A stretch of 64,000 nucleotides of DNA. Origin: an uncultured Chloroflexia bacterium. Lineage in GTDB: Bacteria; Chloroflexota; Limnocylindria; QHBO01. Below the pieces are notes generated by a model that was not told the origin of the DNA, did not search any database, and was given only the letters and a program-made list of their open reading frames with translations. The stretch spans positions 57,994 through 121,993 of the forward strand of contig CAWEPF010000008.1 in NCBI GenBank assembly GCA_963810925.1. Direction: 5' to 3'. A program made the translations under genes and the position numbers. Of this stretch, positions 8,915 to 19,817 are shown in pieces (the first letter of the stretch is position 1; each line of letters begins with the position of its first letter).

Positions 8915-9741
8915 GCCGGCCGCAGCGCGCGCATAGCGGCGTTGTACCCGCGCGTGCGCGGCTTCTCGATGGCGCCGAACTGCACCCAGTTCACGTCCCA
9001 CAGCATGGGCCTGATCATCAGGTCCGGCACGGCCTGGGTGACGGGCCGGGTGACGGCCTCCGCCAGCAGGGCGGTGTAGCGGCGCGCATCCAGGCGCCCG
9101 TTGGGGCTGGCGCCCAGCCACTGGGCGGCCATTCGCAGCGTCCAGGCAATCGGTCCCTTCGAGAGGATCGGGGGAATGGCACCGATCAGCTGCACGCCCA
9201 GCACCGGCTCATCGGACCACGCGCGCGCCAGGCTGACCGGGACCGGCTCCCAGATGCCCGCGTCGGCGAGCACGGCGTCGCCCTGCGGGACGGGCGGAAA
9301 CACGACCGAGATGGCGCAGCTGCGGATGAGGGCGTCGACCACCGGACCGCTCGTGATCGCGCGGTGCTCGCCGCTCACCAGGTCGTAGCTGGCCGCCGCA
9401 TACGGCATGGGCAGGTCCTCGATCATCGGGCTGCCGACCTCGGCCACGACGGTGGCCATCATCGCGCGGTGGTCGACCACCGCCAGGCGGGCGGGAAAGC
9501 GGGCCAGGCGCCAGGGATTGACGGCAACCGCCATCGCGGCCATGCGCTCCGGCGACAGGCCGGCCGCCAGGCCGGCGCCCAGCACGGATCCAATGGACGT
9601 GCCCACCACCCGGTTGGGCCGCAGGCCCAGCTCGTCCAGCGCCTGGATGACGCCCAAGTGCGCGTATCCCCGTGCCCCGCCGCCACCCAGGGCGAGGGTG
9701 AAACCGTCCCGCAAGCGCGCCGCGGGATCGGTCCGGCTCAT
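8911..9741 (-). CDS. Patatin-like phospholipase
   Basis: LGGGGARGYAHLGV (GGxRG oxyanion hole) and VGTSIGS (GxSxG) motifs. The start was set at MSRTDP (ATG 9741), which gives an ATGA overlap with the upstream gene. Confidence 0.8.
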   Translation of the reverse strand: MSRTDPAARLRDGFTLALGGGGARGYAHLGVIQALDELGLRPNRVVGTSIGSVLGAGLAAGLSPERMAAMAVAVNPWRLARFPARLAVVDHRAMMATVVAEVGSPMIEDLPMPYAAASYDLVSGEHRAITSGPVVDALIRSCAISVVFPPVPQGDAVLADAGIWEPVPVSLARAWSDEPVLGVQLIGAIPPILSKGPIAWTLRMAAQWLGASPNGRLDARRYTALLAEAVTRPVTQAVPDLMIRPMLWDVNWVQFGAIEKPRTRGYNAAMRALRPA

Positions 9742-10097
9742 CCCGAATGCTCGCCGCAGGCACACATCGTGCGCAGCTTGGCGTACGTGAACAGGCCGGT
9801 GTCGTGGCCATCGGCCCAGATGGGGGCCAGCGCGTATCGGCCGATCCACTTCACCCGGTCCATGGTCACCGCGGCCGGGGGGAACATCGTCTCCAGGGTC
9901 ACCACCCCGGGCATGTTGCCCTCGCCGGCGCACAGCGCGCAGGGACACGCTCGGCGCAACTCGGTCCAGCCCCACACCCCCAGGTGCCCGTCATCCCACC
10001 GAATGCGCATGAGCCGATCCGTCTCGTCCAGCTCGACCGCAATGGGGTTGACGATGTCGCCCATCACCTCAGGGTCTCCACCGTTCCTCGACGCCAC
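9738..10097 (-). CDS. DUF971 domain protein (gamma-butyrobetaine hydroxylase-like N-terminal domain)
   Basis: 119 aa with RIRWDDGH..WTELRRACPCALC..W.DGHDTGLF, typical of DUF971. An alternative ATG lies at 10064, preceded by GAGGTG. Confidence 0.65.
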   Translation of the reverse strand: MASRNGGDPEVMGDIVNPIAVELDETDRLMRIRWDDGHLGVWGWTELRRACPCALCAGEGNMPGVVTLETMFPPAAVTMDRVKWIGRYALAPIWADGHDTGLFTYAKLRTMCACGEHSG

Positions 10098-11304
10098 GGA
10101 ACGTGCCGCCCATGGAGCGCGCGTCCTGGGTCAGGCGCACGAAGCTATGGCCCGTCGTCACGTCCCACAGATACAGGTCCTGCTGGACCGCGCCGGTGCG
10201 ACTCGCGTTGGTGAAGGTCACCACGATCTGGTTGTTCAGCGAGGACCAGCGGAGGTGGCTGAGCGAGCCGGTCACCGTTGCCGTAGCCCTGGTCTCCCCC
10301 CCAATGCCCTTCACCGTGAGCGTGGAGCTCGACCCAGATTCCGTGGTCTGCACCTGCAGTTCCCCATTGGGCGCCCAGAGGGACGGAATCTGGGCGAGCG
10401 TCCCCGAGGTGGCGGTCGCCGGATCCCAGGTGAAGATCTGAGGCGCGCCGAGGACCCAAACCACGACGCGGCCGTCTTCGACCACGAACACGCGGTTGAA
10501 TCCGCCGTCGTCCGCGAACGCGGCTTCCTTGATGGCGTCTTCCTGGAAGGTGGTCGGGTGGGGGTACGTCCAGGTCGCGACGCTCTGGACAGCCCCGCTG
10601 TTGAGGTCCACCTGAAGGAGCTCAACACGGTCGTTCGATCCCGCCAGCGCCGCACGGACGGCCCACGCCGTCGCGGAATCCCGGGCCATCGTTATGCCGT
10701 CGAACCCGTCGCCAAGATCGATGGCCGAGTTTCCCGGAATCAGCTCGAGGGGGTTCCCGTCGACGAGGGCCACACCGCGCGTCCCGTCGGGGGTCCACGC
10801 GTAGTGCTCCACGCCCCGGCTGTCCCGGGCGAGCGGCTCGGGCGTCGCGCTCCCGGCGAAGTCGTGCGAGAACAGGTGAATGGGACCGCCGTCGGAGACC
10901 CGTTGCATGAAGACGATCTCGAGCGGGGCGAAGGCCGGGGTCGGCGCCGGGGTGGCGGTGGGCTCGGGCGTCTCGGTGGGCACCGGGGTCGGCGACAGGC
11001 TGGGCTGCGGCCGAGGCGTCTGGGCCATGGTCGGCGACGGCGACGAGCTGCCGTAGGCCGGCAGGATGCCGTTGTCGCTCGAGAAGATGAGGGCCAGGAG
11101 CACGATCGTCATCCCGGCCAGGGCGAGGACCAGACCGATGAGCCAGGGCACCGCCTGCTCCGAGGTCGTGGCCCGTCGACGGTTGCCATCGGCCTTGACG
11201 TCCCAGGAGGGGTCGCCGCCGTCCTGCGGCGGCCACTCCGAACCGGTCTGCGGCGGATCAGTCGGGGGGGTTGTGCCCGCCGGCGGGTCTCCGATGCCGC
11301 TCAC
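10069..11304 (-). CDS. Single-pass membrane protein with Pro/Thr-rich linker and beta-propeller-like extracytoplasmic domain (hypothetical)
   Basis: 411 aa. It has one TM helix (VPWLIGLVLALAGMTIVLLALIF), a PTPxP linker and a beta-rich C-terminal domain. The GTG start overlaps the EamA gene stop (GTGA). Confidence 0.6.
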   Translation of the reverse strand: MSGIGDPPAGTTPPTDPPQTGSEWPPQDGGDPSWDVKADGNRRRATTSEQAVPWLIGLVLALAGMTIVLLALIFSSDNGILPAYGSSSPSPTMAQTPRPQPSLSPTPVPTETPEPTATPAPTPAFAPLEIVFMQRVSDGGPIHLFSHDFAGSATPEPLARDSRGVEHYAWTPDGTRGVALVDGNPLELIPGNSAIDLGDGFDGITMARDSATAWAVRAALAGSNDRVELLQVDLNSGAVQSVATWTYPHPTTFQEDAIKEAAFADDGGFNRVFVVEDGRVVVWVLGAPQIFTWDPATATSGTLAQIPSLWAPNGELQVQTTESGSSSTLTVKGIGGETRATATVTGSLSHLRWSSLNNQIVVTFTNASRTGAVQQDLYLWDVTTGHSFVRLTQDARSMGGTFRGVEERWRP

Positions 11305-12245
11305 CGACGCGCCACGCGGGTTGCGAGGCTCACGACCGCATCATATCGAAGGCCCACGATGCCAATCCCGAGCATGACCAGGCCCGTGCCGAGCAGGAGC
11401 CGGGCGTCGAGTGACTCGCCCAGCACGAGGACCCCCAGGGTCACGCCCACCACCGGGAACATGTAGGTGACCATGGTCGAGACGGTGGCACCGATGTGGG
11501 TCAGCAGGAAGAAATACAGGATGTAGGCGACGAACGAGCCGAGGAGGCCCAGCCACAACAGACCGATGATCGTGGCAGGCTGGGTGGGCAGGACGAGGCC
11601 GCCGTCCGCGACGATCGCGAGCAGGGTGACGTACAGCGCGGCGAAGACGAGCGTGCCACCCGCGACGACGTAGCGGTCGGTGCTCTGGATCCGCACCTTC
11701 GCGTAGCTCGCCCCGATGGCGTAGCTGAGCGAGGCGGTCGCCACCGCCACGGCTCCGGCGATGGCGGCCGGCCCCGGATTGAAGGCGAACTCGCGGCTGG
11801 CCAGCACGACCGCGCCGGCGAACCCAACCAGGATGCCGATCACCCGCAGCAGCGACCACGTCTCGGTCCGCAGGACGAGGCCGGCGATGAGGAGCGAGAA
11901 GATCGGGACCAGCGAGTTGAAGACCGCGGCCGTGCCCGAGTCGATGTACTGCTCGCCCCAGCTGATGAGGAAGATGGGCAGTCCGGCATTCACGAAGCCG
12001 AGGAGGGCGAGGTGGCCGACCTGGCCGCGGGTCGGACGCGTGGGCCGGGTGAATGCCAGCAGGACGAGCATGGCCACCGCGCCGAGCATCATCCGCTCGG
12101 CGACGAGGGTCGCCGGCGGCAGCTCCTCCACGGCGATCTTGATCCAGACGAAGGACGATCCCCAGATGGTCCCCAACAAGAGGAAGGCCGCTGGCAGAAG
12201 CCAGCGGCGCGGAACCGCCTGGGCTGGCGGCTGCTGATCGCTCAC
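11301..12245 (-). CDS. DMT superfamily (EamA-like) transporter
   Basis: 314 aa with about 10 TM segments and an N-terminal LLGTIWGSSFVWIKIAVEELPP typical of EamA repeats. Confidence 0.8.
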   Translation of the reverse strand: MSDQQPPAQAVPRRWLLPAAFLLLGTIWGSSFVWIKIAVEELPPATLVAERMMLGAVAMLVLLAFTRPTRPTRGQVGHLALLGFVNAGLPIFLISWGEQYIDSGTAAVFNSLVPIFSLLIAGLVLRTETWSLLRVIGILVGFAGAVVLASREFAFNPGPAAIAGAVAVATASLSYAIGASYAKVRIQSTDRYVVAGGTLVFAALYVTLLAIVADGGLVLPTQPATIIGLLWLGLLGSFVAYILYFFLLTHIGATVSTMVTYMFPVVGVTLGVLVLGESLDARLLLGTGLVMLGIGIVGLRYDAVVSLATRVARR

Positions 12246-12304
12246 GGGACTACACTCGGGACGGACCGGACCACGGGGCGGGAGCCTAGCAGAGCGAGGA
12301 ACGT

Positions 12305-13183
12305 ATGACGATTCGGGTCGCCGGATGCCAGATCGATCCCCACCTGGGCGAGGTGGAGCAGAACCTCGAGCGGATCGAGCGGGCGGTGGCGGATGCCGCG
12401 GCCTTCGGGGCGCGCCTGGTGGTCCTGCCCGAGGCAGCCGTGACGGGCTACGTCTTCAACTCGCTGGACGAGGCCCTGGCGACCGCTCAGCACGCCGCGG
12501 TGGCCGGCGACCGGCTGGCAGCGTTGGCCGCGCAGCTTGGTGTCGCGCTCGTGGTCGGGACCCTCGAGGCGGAGGGCCGCGAGGTCTTCAACACCGCGCT
12601 CATCTTCTCGGAGGATGGCCGTCGCTATCGGTATCGGAAGATGCACCTCCCGTTCCTGGGGGTGGACCGGTTCGTGACCCCCGGCCCGGATGCGCCCGAG
12701 GTGTACGACCTGGCCGGGATGCGGGTCGGGGTCCTCATCTGCTACGACCTGCGCTTCCCCGAGGCGGCGCGCATCTGCGGGCTCGACGGGGCGGACCTCA
12801 TCGCGCTGCCCACCAACTGGCCCGAAGGGGTCCAGTTCCACCCGGGCATCTTCGCCCCGGCGAGGGCCGCGGAGAACCACGTGTACCTCCTGGCCTGCGA
12901 CCGGGTGGGGGAAGAGCGCGGAACCACGTTCATCGGTCAGTCGCTCCTGCTCGATACCAGTGGCAAGGCGCTGGTCACGGGCAGCGACTCCACCGAGGAC
13001 CTGATCGTGGGCGAGGTGGACTGGGAGCTGGCGCGCCAGACGCATCACACGAAGATCGCCGGCGAGCACGAGTGGGACACGATCGGCGACCGGCGTCCCG
13101 GCCTGTATGGACGGCTGCTGGAGCCGCCGCGTGACCGCCTTCACCCGCCCAGCGCGGACCAGTTCTCGGGGGACGTGGACTAG
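12305..13183 (+). CDS. Carbon-nitrogen hydrolase (nitrilase superfamily) protein
   Basis: 292 aa. Motifs seen: LVVLPEAAVTGY (Glu), YRKMHL (Lys), VLICYDLRFPE (Cys). GAGGAA lies 5 nt upstream of the ATG. Confidence 0.85.
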   Translation: MTIRVAGCQIDPHLGEVEQNLERIERAVADAAAFGARLVVLPEAAVTGYVFNSLDEALATAQHAAVAGDRLAALAAQLGVALVVGTLEAEGREVFNTALIFSEDGRRYRYRKMHLPFLGVDRFVTPGPDAPEVYDLAGMRVGVLICYDLRFPEAARICGLDGADLIALPTNWPEGVQFHPGIFAPARAAENHVYLLACDRVGEERGTTFIGQSLLLDTSGKALVTGSDSTEDLIVGEVDWELARQTHHTKIAGEHEWDTIGDRRPGLYGRLLEPPRDRLHPPSADQFSGDVD

Positions 13184-13258
13184 GGCGACAGTCATACCGG
13201 GGGAACGTCCGGCGCGTCCGGAACGTGAGATCGGGCTAGGGAGCGCCCCGGGAGGCGA

Positions 13259-13465
13259 TCAGTCCGAGGTGGCCCACATGACGATGCCGGTCACGAAAAA
13301 GCCGGAGATGAGCCCCAGGAACGCGGCCGCACCGGCGGGGCCCTTCCCTTCGAAGGTCGGGAGCAGGGTGTTGATGACAGCCAGGCCGATGACCATGTAG
13401 CCCAGCCACAGGGCGCTGCAGACGACCGCGATCACCACCCGGCGGGAGCGAGGCATGTTCAGCAT
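13259..13465 (-). CDS. Small two-TM membrane protein (hypothetical)
   Basis: 68 aa with two hydrophobic helices. It lies directly downstream of the mscS-like gene on the same strand. Confidence 0.45.
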   Translation of the reverse strand: MLNMPRSRRVVIAVVCSALWLGYMVIGLAVINTLLPTFEGKGPAGAAAFLGLISGFFVTGIVMWATSD

Positions 13466-13480
13466 GCGATCGGCATCGTA

Positions 13481-14338
13481 TCAGCCTGGGCCGGGCGGCG
13501 GCCGGAGCCGCTGGGCGACCGTGATGCCCTCCGCGGCATAGGCCACCAACAGCCGCCGGCGAAGCTCGGAGGCGCTCGCAAAGCGATCCGCACCCTGGAC
13601 CTTTCCGGCGGCGCGAAGGGTCACCCCGAGGTCGGTCACGCTCGGAATCGAGGCGTATTGGGGCGCCTCGAGCAGGCGGTCCTTCCACGCGGGATCGGCA
13701 GCCATCTCCTGGCCCACTCGGTTGGTGACGGCGATGGCCTTCTCGAGATCGGTCTCGGGCAGGATGGGGATCTCCACCTGGAGGACGGCGTAGACCCGGG
13801 TCATGTTTGACGACACGCGGATCTCGCCGTTCGAGATCGAATGGACGGTACCCGAGACGTCCCGCAGGACGGTCCGGCGCAGACCGATCTCCTCGACCGT
13901 GCCCTGCACCGGAACGTTGTTGGTGGCGACCGCGACCCAGTCACCAACGTAGAACTGGCCCTCGACCAGGATGAGGACGCCCATCAGGTAGTCCAGCACG
14001 ATGGACTGTCCGGCGATGGCGATGCCGGCCAGCAGGAGTCCGAGCGCCAGGATGACCGACACGAGGTCGAGCAGGGTCAGGACCACGACCAGGATCACCA
14101 GGATGACCAGCGCGCGGAGCAGCTTGCTGACGAGGTCCTCGACGGTCGCAATCCGCTTGCGCAGCTCGTTCAGCTCGCCCGGATCCATGCCCTGCTTCTC
14201 GCGCGAGCTGATCACACGCTCGGCGATCCGACGCACGATCGGACGGACGAGGCGGAAGGCCACCATGGCCAGGACGCTCCAGAAGATGAGGGCGAACCAG
14301 TTCGCCTCCAGGAAGCCGACCAGCTCGTCGGTGTTCAT
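13481..14338 (-). CDS. Mechanosensitive ion channel (MscS family)
   Basis: 285 aa with N-terminal TM helices followed by FYVGDWVAV..GTVEEIGLRRTVLRD..G..HSISNGEI, the MscS beta-domain signature. Confidence 0.85.
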   Translation of the reverse strand: MNTDELVGFLEANWFALIFWSVLAMVAFRLVRPIVRRIAERVISSREKQGMDPGELNELRKRIATVEDLVSKLLRALVILVILVVVLTLLDLVSVILALGLLLAGIAIAGQSIVLDYLMGVLILVEGQFYVGDWVAVATNNVPVQGTVEEIGLRRTVLRDVSGTVHSISNGEIRVSSNMTRVYAVLQVEIPILPETDLEKAIAVTNRVGQEMAADPAWKDRLLEAPQYASIPSVTDLGVTLRAAGKVQGADRFASASELRRRLLVAYAAEGITVAQRLRPPPGPG

Positions 14339-14342
14339 GCGG

Positions 14343-16352
<2,010 letters not shown>

Positions 16353-16400
16353 GGCGAGCGCTCCTGACTGTGTGGGCCGGGAGGGGTGGCTGCATCGATT

Positions 16401-17030
16401 CTATCCGCGTGCCCGGACACCGCGGACGCGAACGAAGAGGATGCCATCGCTTTCGAGCGCGGTCCCGCGTCGAATGGCCGACCAGACCTCCGCTGACGAG
16501 GTCGGCAGGGTTCGGCCCAGGAGCTCGGCGTGCGGTCGCAGCCGGGCGCGGTTGCCAGGGGTATCGGCCGTAGCCAGAACCAGGGGGATGTGGCGTCCGT
16601 GGCGCGCCGACAGGGCATCGCGCTTGAGCTGCGCGGACCGAAGCTGGGCCTGGAGGTCCACGAGGACCCGCTCGATCTCGACGTGAATCCACGCTTCGGG
16701 CCGGCGAAGCACCATGTCCGCGGCGCGACGATCGTCCGGAGCCACGGGAACCTCGAGCTGAATCTCCCACCCGGTATGCGCCGCGTTGCCGATGGCCTGG
16801 GCCAGGTGCAGCTGACCGGAATCGCGCAGCGTCACGGTCGCGACCGGATAGAGGCGCCAGCCGAGCTCGTGGCCACAGGATGCGGCCATCTGGCATAGCC
16901 GTTCGAGCGACACCTGGCCATGCCCGCGTTCCGCACGGCTCACCATGGTCTGGGTCACTGCAGCCCGTCGTGCGAGTTGGGCCTGTGAGAGACCGGCCGT
17001 TACCCGGGCAATGCGCAGCTCCTGGCCCAT
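16401..17030 (-). CDS. XRE-family helix-turn-helix transcriptional regulator with uncharacterised C-terminal domain
   Basis: The HTH is LRIARVTAGLSQAQLARRAAVTQTMVSRAERG. The track ORF starts at GTG 17096; ATG 17030 (MGQELRIARV) fits usual XRE N-termini better. The start is uncertain. Confidence 0.7.
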   Translation of the reverse strand: MGQELRIARVTAGLSQAQLARRAAVTQTMVSRAERGHGQVSLERLCQMAASCGHELGWRLYPVATVTLRDSGQLHLAQAIGNAAHTGWEIQLEVPVAPDDRRAADMVLRRPEAWIHVEIERVLVDLQAQLRSAQLKRDALSARHGRHIPLVLATADTPGNRARLRPHAELLGRTLPTSSAEVWSAIRRGTALESDGILFVRVRGVRARG

Positions 17031-17280
17031 CCGGGTCGTCAGCCACCGGGCACGCTCACGGCCTGCGTGACGTGGGTCATGTCTGAGGTTGCGCACGGCT
17101 GCATGCTGCGCACGCTCGCTTTGTGGTCCCGTACGGCCGGGTTAGTCGCCACAGTGTTGGTAGAGCGCCCGAGCGGACCTTGGGGCGGTGGCTACGCGGC
17201 GCCCCAAGCGCCCAGTGACTAAGGGAGCGCGCGGAACCCCCTTAACGGAGGTCATACGCGCTCTACCAGTCGCCGGGTGA

Positions 17281-18535
17281 CTAATGCGGGGTCGCAGTCG
17301 CCCCAGGCGGAGGGGTGTCCCGGACCCACGAGATGAGGACCGCGCCCGCCACGTAGGACAGCGCCATCACCGAGAACGCGGCGACGTAGCCCGGGCCGGC
17401 CACGATGGAGCCGATGACGATGGCCCACAGCGCGCCAATCCCGAACGCGGCGGTGAAGTAGATCGAGAACGCGACGTCGCGCAGCGGCCCCACCGCCCGG
17501 TCGGCCATGTAGGCCTGCAGGACCGGGCCCTCGGAGAACACCGCCGTCCCAAAGGGGAGCAGGAGCGGGGCCAGGAACACGAGGTTTCCGCCGGCCAGGA
17601 CGACCGAGATGATGCCCACCGCCGACAGGAGGTAGTACAGGATCAGGACCCGCCGCCGCCCATAGCGGTCCGACAGCACGCCCGCCACCAGCGGCCCCAC
17701 CACCGCGCCCACCAGGAGCAGGGCGTACAGCCACAGGACGGTCTGCTCGTCGATCCCCAGCTCGTTGCGGAAGTAGAGCAACAGGAACGGCGCGGCGATG
17801 TCGAGCCCGCGGCCACCGGCCGCGACCATGGCCGCCAGCAGGATCTTCATGAGGTCGCCGCGATGGAGGACGAGCTGCACCTGGCTCCACCAGCTCCCCG
17901 ACGCGCGCGCCTCGGCCCGGTAGGCCTTGTGGTCCTCGCGCACGAACCACAGGACCAGGAGCCCGACCAGCAGCGGCGGGAATGCCGAACAGGAGCAGCG
18001 TCGTGTTCCAGCCCACCGACGCGAGGAGCGCGCCGCCCACGAACGGCACGAGGATGGTCCCCACGTTGCCGCCGGCGATATGGGTGCTGATCGCGAACCC
18101 GCGCCGCTCCGGCGGGAAGGCGTCGGACAGGATGCCGTTGCCGACCGGATGCTGGGGGCTCGCCCCGACTCGCGCCCCGCTGATGGCGGCCAGCAGCTGG
18201 CCCACGGTCTGGGAGAAGCCGGCGACCACCAGGCTGCCCCCGAAGATGAGCTGCCCCACGCCGATCAGCATGGGCCGGGCCACGTACCGGGTCAGCAGGC
18301 CGTACGACAGCTGCATGGCGCCGCCGACCGCGGTCGTGATGGCGATGAACACACCGATGTCGGCCTCGTCGAGGCCGAACTGGCTGATGACCGCGATGTA
18401 GACCAGCGGCATGAGCGCCGACTGCATGTGGATCAGGGCATGGGACAGGGACAGGAGGCCAAGGGTCAGGTTCGGGCGGGTGACGGCGGTCACCGAACCC
18501 TGGGCGGGCGTCGGGTCGGGGGCGACCGCGCTCAC
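17281..18535 (-). pseudogene. MFS transporter, frame-disrupted near 17965-17980
   Basis: The N-terminal half is in the frame of ORF 17252..18535 up to ..GWNTTLLLFGIPA. The C-terminal half is in the frame of ORF 17281..17943. Removing one base restores ..IPALLVGLLVLWFVREDHKAY... Confidence 0.8.
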
Positions 18536-18553
18536 GCGGGGGTCACGCGGGCA

Positions 18554-19813
18554 TCACGCGGGCGGTGACATGGCCGCCGCCGGGACCGGCCGGTGGGCCG
18601 GAACGGGCGGGAGCCGTCTCAGCTTGTACGCGGCGAGGGCCAGGACGCCGGCCGCCAGGACGGAGCCGAGGAGGAGACCGGCGGGGGGCCCGGCAATCTG
18701 GGCCGTGCCCCCGGCAAACAGGCCGCCAATCGGTCCGGAGCCGGCAAACACCGTTACGTACAGGGCCATCACCCGGCCGCGCAGCTCGTCGGGGACCGTC
18801 CGCTGCACGGTCGCGTTGATCGTGTTGACCATGAGCATCGACGACAGGCCGACCAGCGCGATCACCGGGAAGGCGAGCGCCGGGGTGCGGATCAGGCCGA
18901 GCATGAATTCGAACAACAGGAATGCGGCGCCGCCGCCGAGGATCAGGCGCAATCGTGGCCGGCGTTCACCCATGTATGCGAGGACCAGCGACCCCAGGAG
19001 CGATCCGATGCCAAGGGCCGCGAACAGGGCTCCCAGGCCAATCGCCCCAAGGTCCAGGGTGATCCGGGAGAAGAGCGGAAGCAGGACCTGGAAGTTCATG
19101 GCGAAGATGCTCATCCCGCCCAACAGGACGAGCAGCCAGGCCACGTATCGGGTGTCCACCGCATAGCGGATGCCCTCCACCAGGGAGGCGCGAATGGTGG
19201 GGCGCTGGGCCGGCTGCGGGACCTTGATCAGGGTCGTGGTGTTGATGAGCACCAGGCCCAGCAGGACGGCGGTGTACGTGATGGTGTTCGCCCCGAAGTT
19301 GAACGCGGGGCCGTACAGGGCCAGCGTGACGCCGGCAATGGCCGGCCCCACGACGCGGGCCAGGTTGAACGACGCGCTGTTCAGGGCGATGGCCTGGAGC
19401 AGGTCGTCGCGCGGGACGACCTCGGCCACGAACGACTGGCGGACCGGCATGTCGAACGCGCTCGTGACCCCCAGCCACAGGGCCAGGAGCTGGATGTGCC
19501 AGATCTCGATGTGGCCCGAGACCGTCAGGCCGAACAGGGTGGCGGCCTGGACCATGGCCAGGGCCTGGGTGATGAGCAGGAGCGACCGCTTGTCGAACCG
19601 ATCGGCCAGGACACCGCCCAACGGCGACAGGAAGAGCGCCGGGGCGAACTGGAGGGCGACCACCGTCCCGACCTGGAAGGGCGACCCACCCAGCTCGAGG
19701 ACGAGCCACGGCTGGCTGACCGATTGCATCCAGGTCCCGATGAGGCTGATGACCTGCCCGGACCAGTAGAGACGGAAGTTGCGGTGGCGGAGGGCCCCGA
19801 AGCCGCGGCCCAT
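18554..19813 (-). CDS. MFS transporter (EntS/MFS_3-like)
   Basis: 419 aa with 12 predicted TM segments and an N-terminal FRLYWSGQVISLIGTWMQSVSQPWLVL, typical of this MFS subfamily. Confidence 0.85.
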   Translation of the reverse strand: MGRGFGALRHRNFRLYWSGQVISLIGTWMQSVSQPWLVLELGGSPFQVGTVVALQFAPALFLSPLGGVLADRFDKRSLLLITQALAMVQAATLFGLTVSGHIEIWHIQLLALWLGVTSAFDMPVRQSFVAEVVPRDDLLQAIALNSASFNLARVVGPAIAGVTLALYGPAFNFGANTITYTAVLLGLVLINTTTLIKVPQPAQRPTIRASLVEGIRYAVDTRYVAWLLVLLGGMSIFAMNFQVLLPLFSRITLDLGAIGLGALFAALGIGSLLGSLVLAYMGERRPRLRLILGGGAAFLLFEFMLGLIRTPALAFPVIALVGLSSMLMVNTINATVQRTVPDELRGRVMALYVTVFAGSGPIGGLFAGGTAQIAGPPAGLLLGSVLAAGVLALAAYKLRRLPPVPAHRPVPAAAMSPPA

Positions 19814-19817
19814 ACGG

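Noticed and set aside
17151-17210. A possible tRNA gene, because of GTGTTGGTAGAGCGC (D-arm-like).
   Set aside because: No T-arm (GGTTCGAATCC-like), no acceptor stem pairing and no anticodon arm of correct geometry could be found on either strand. At most it is a tRNA fragment.
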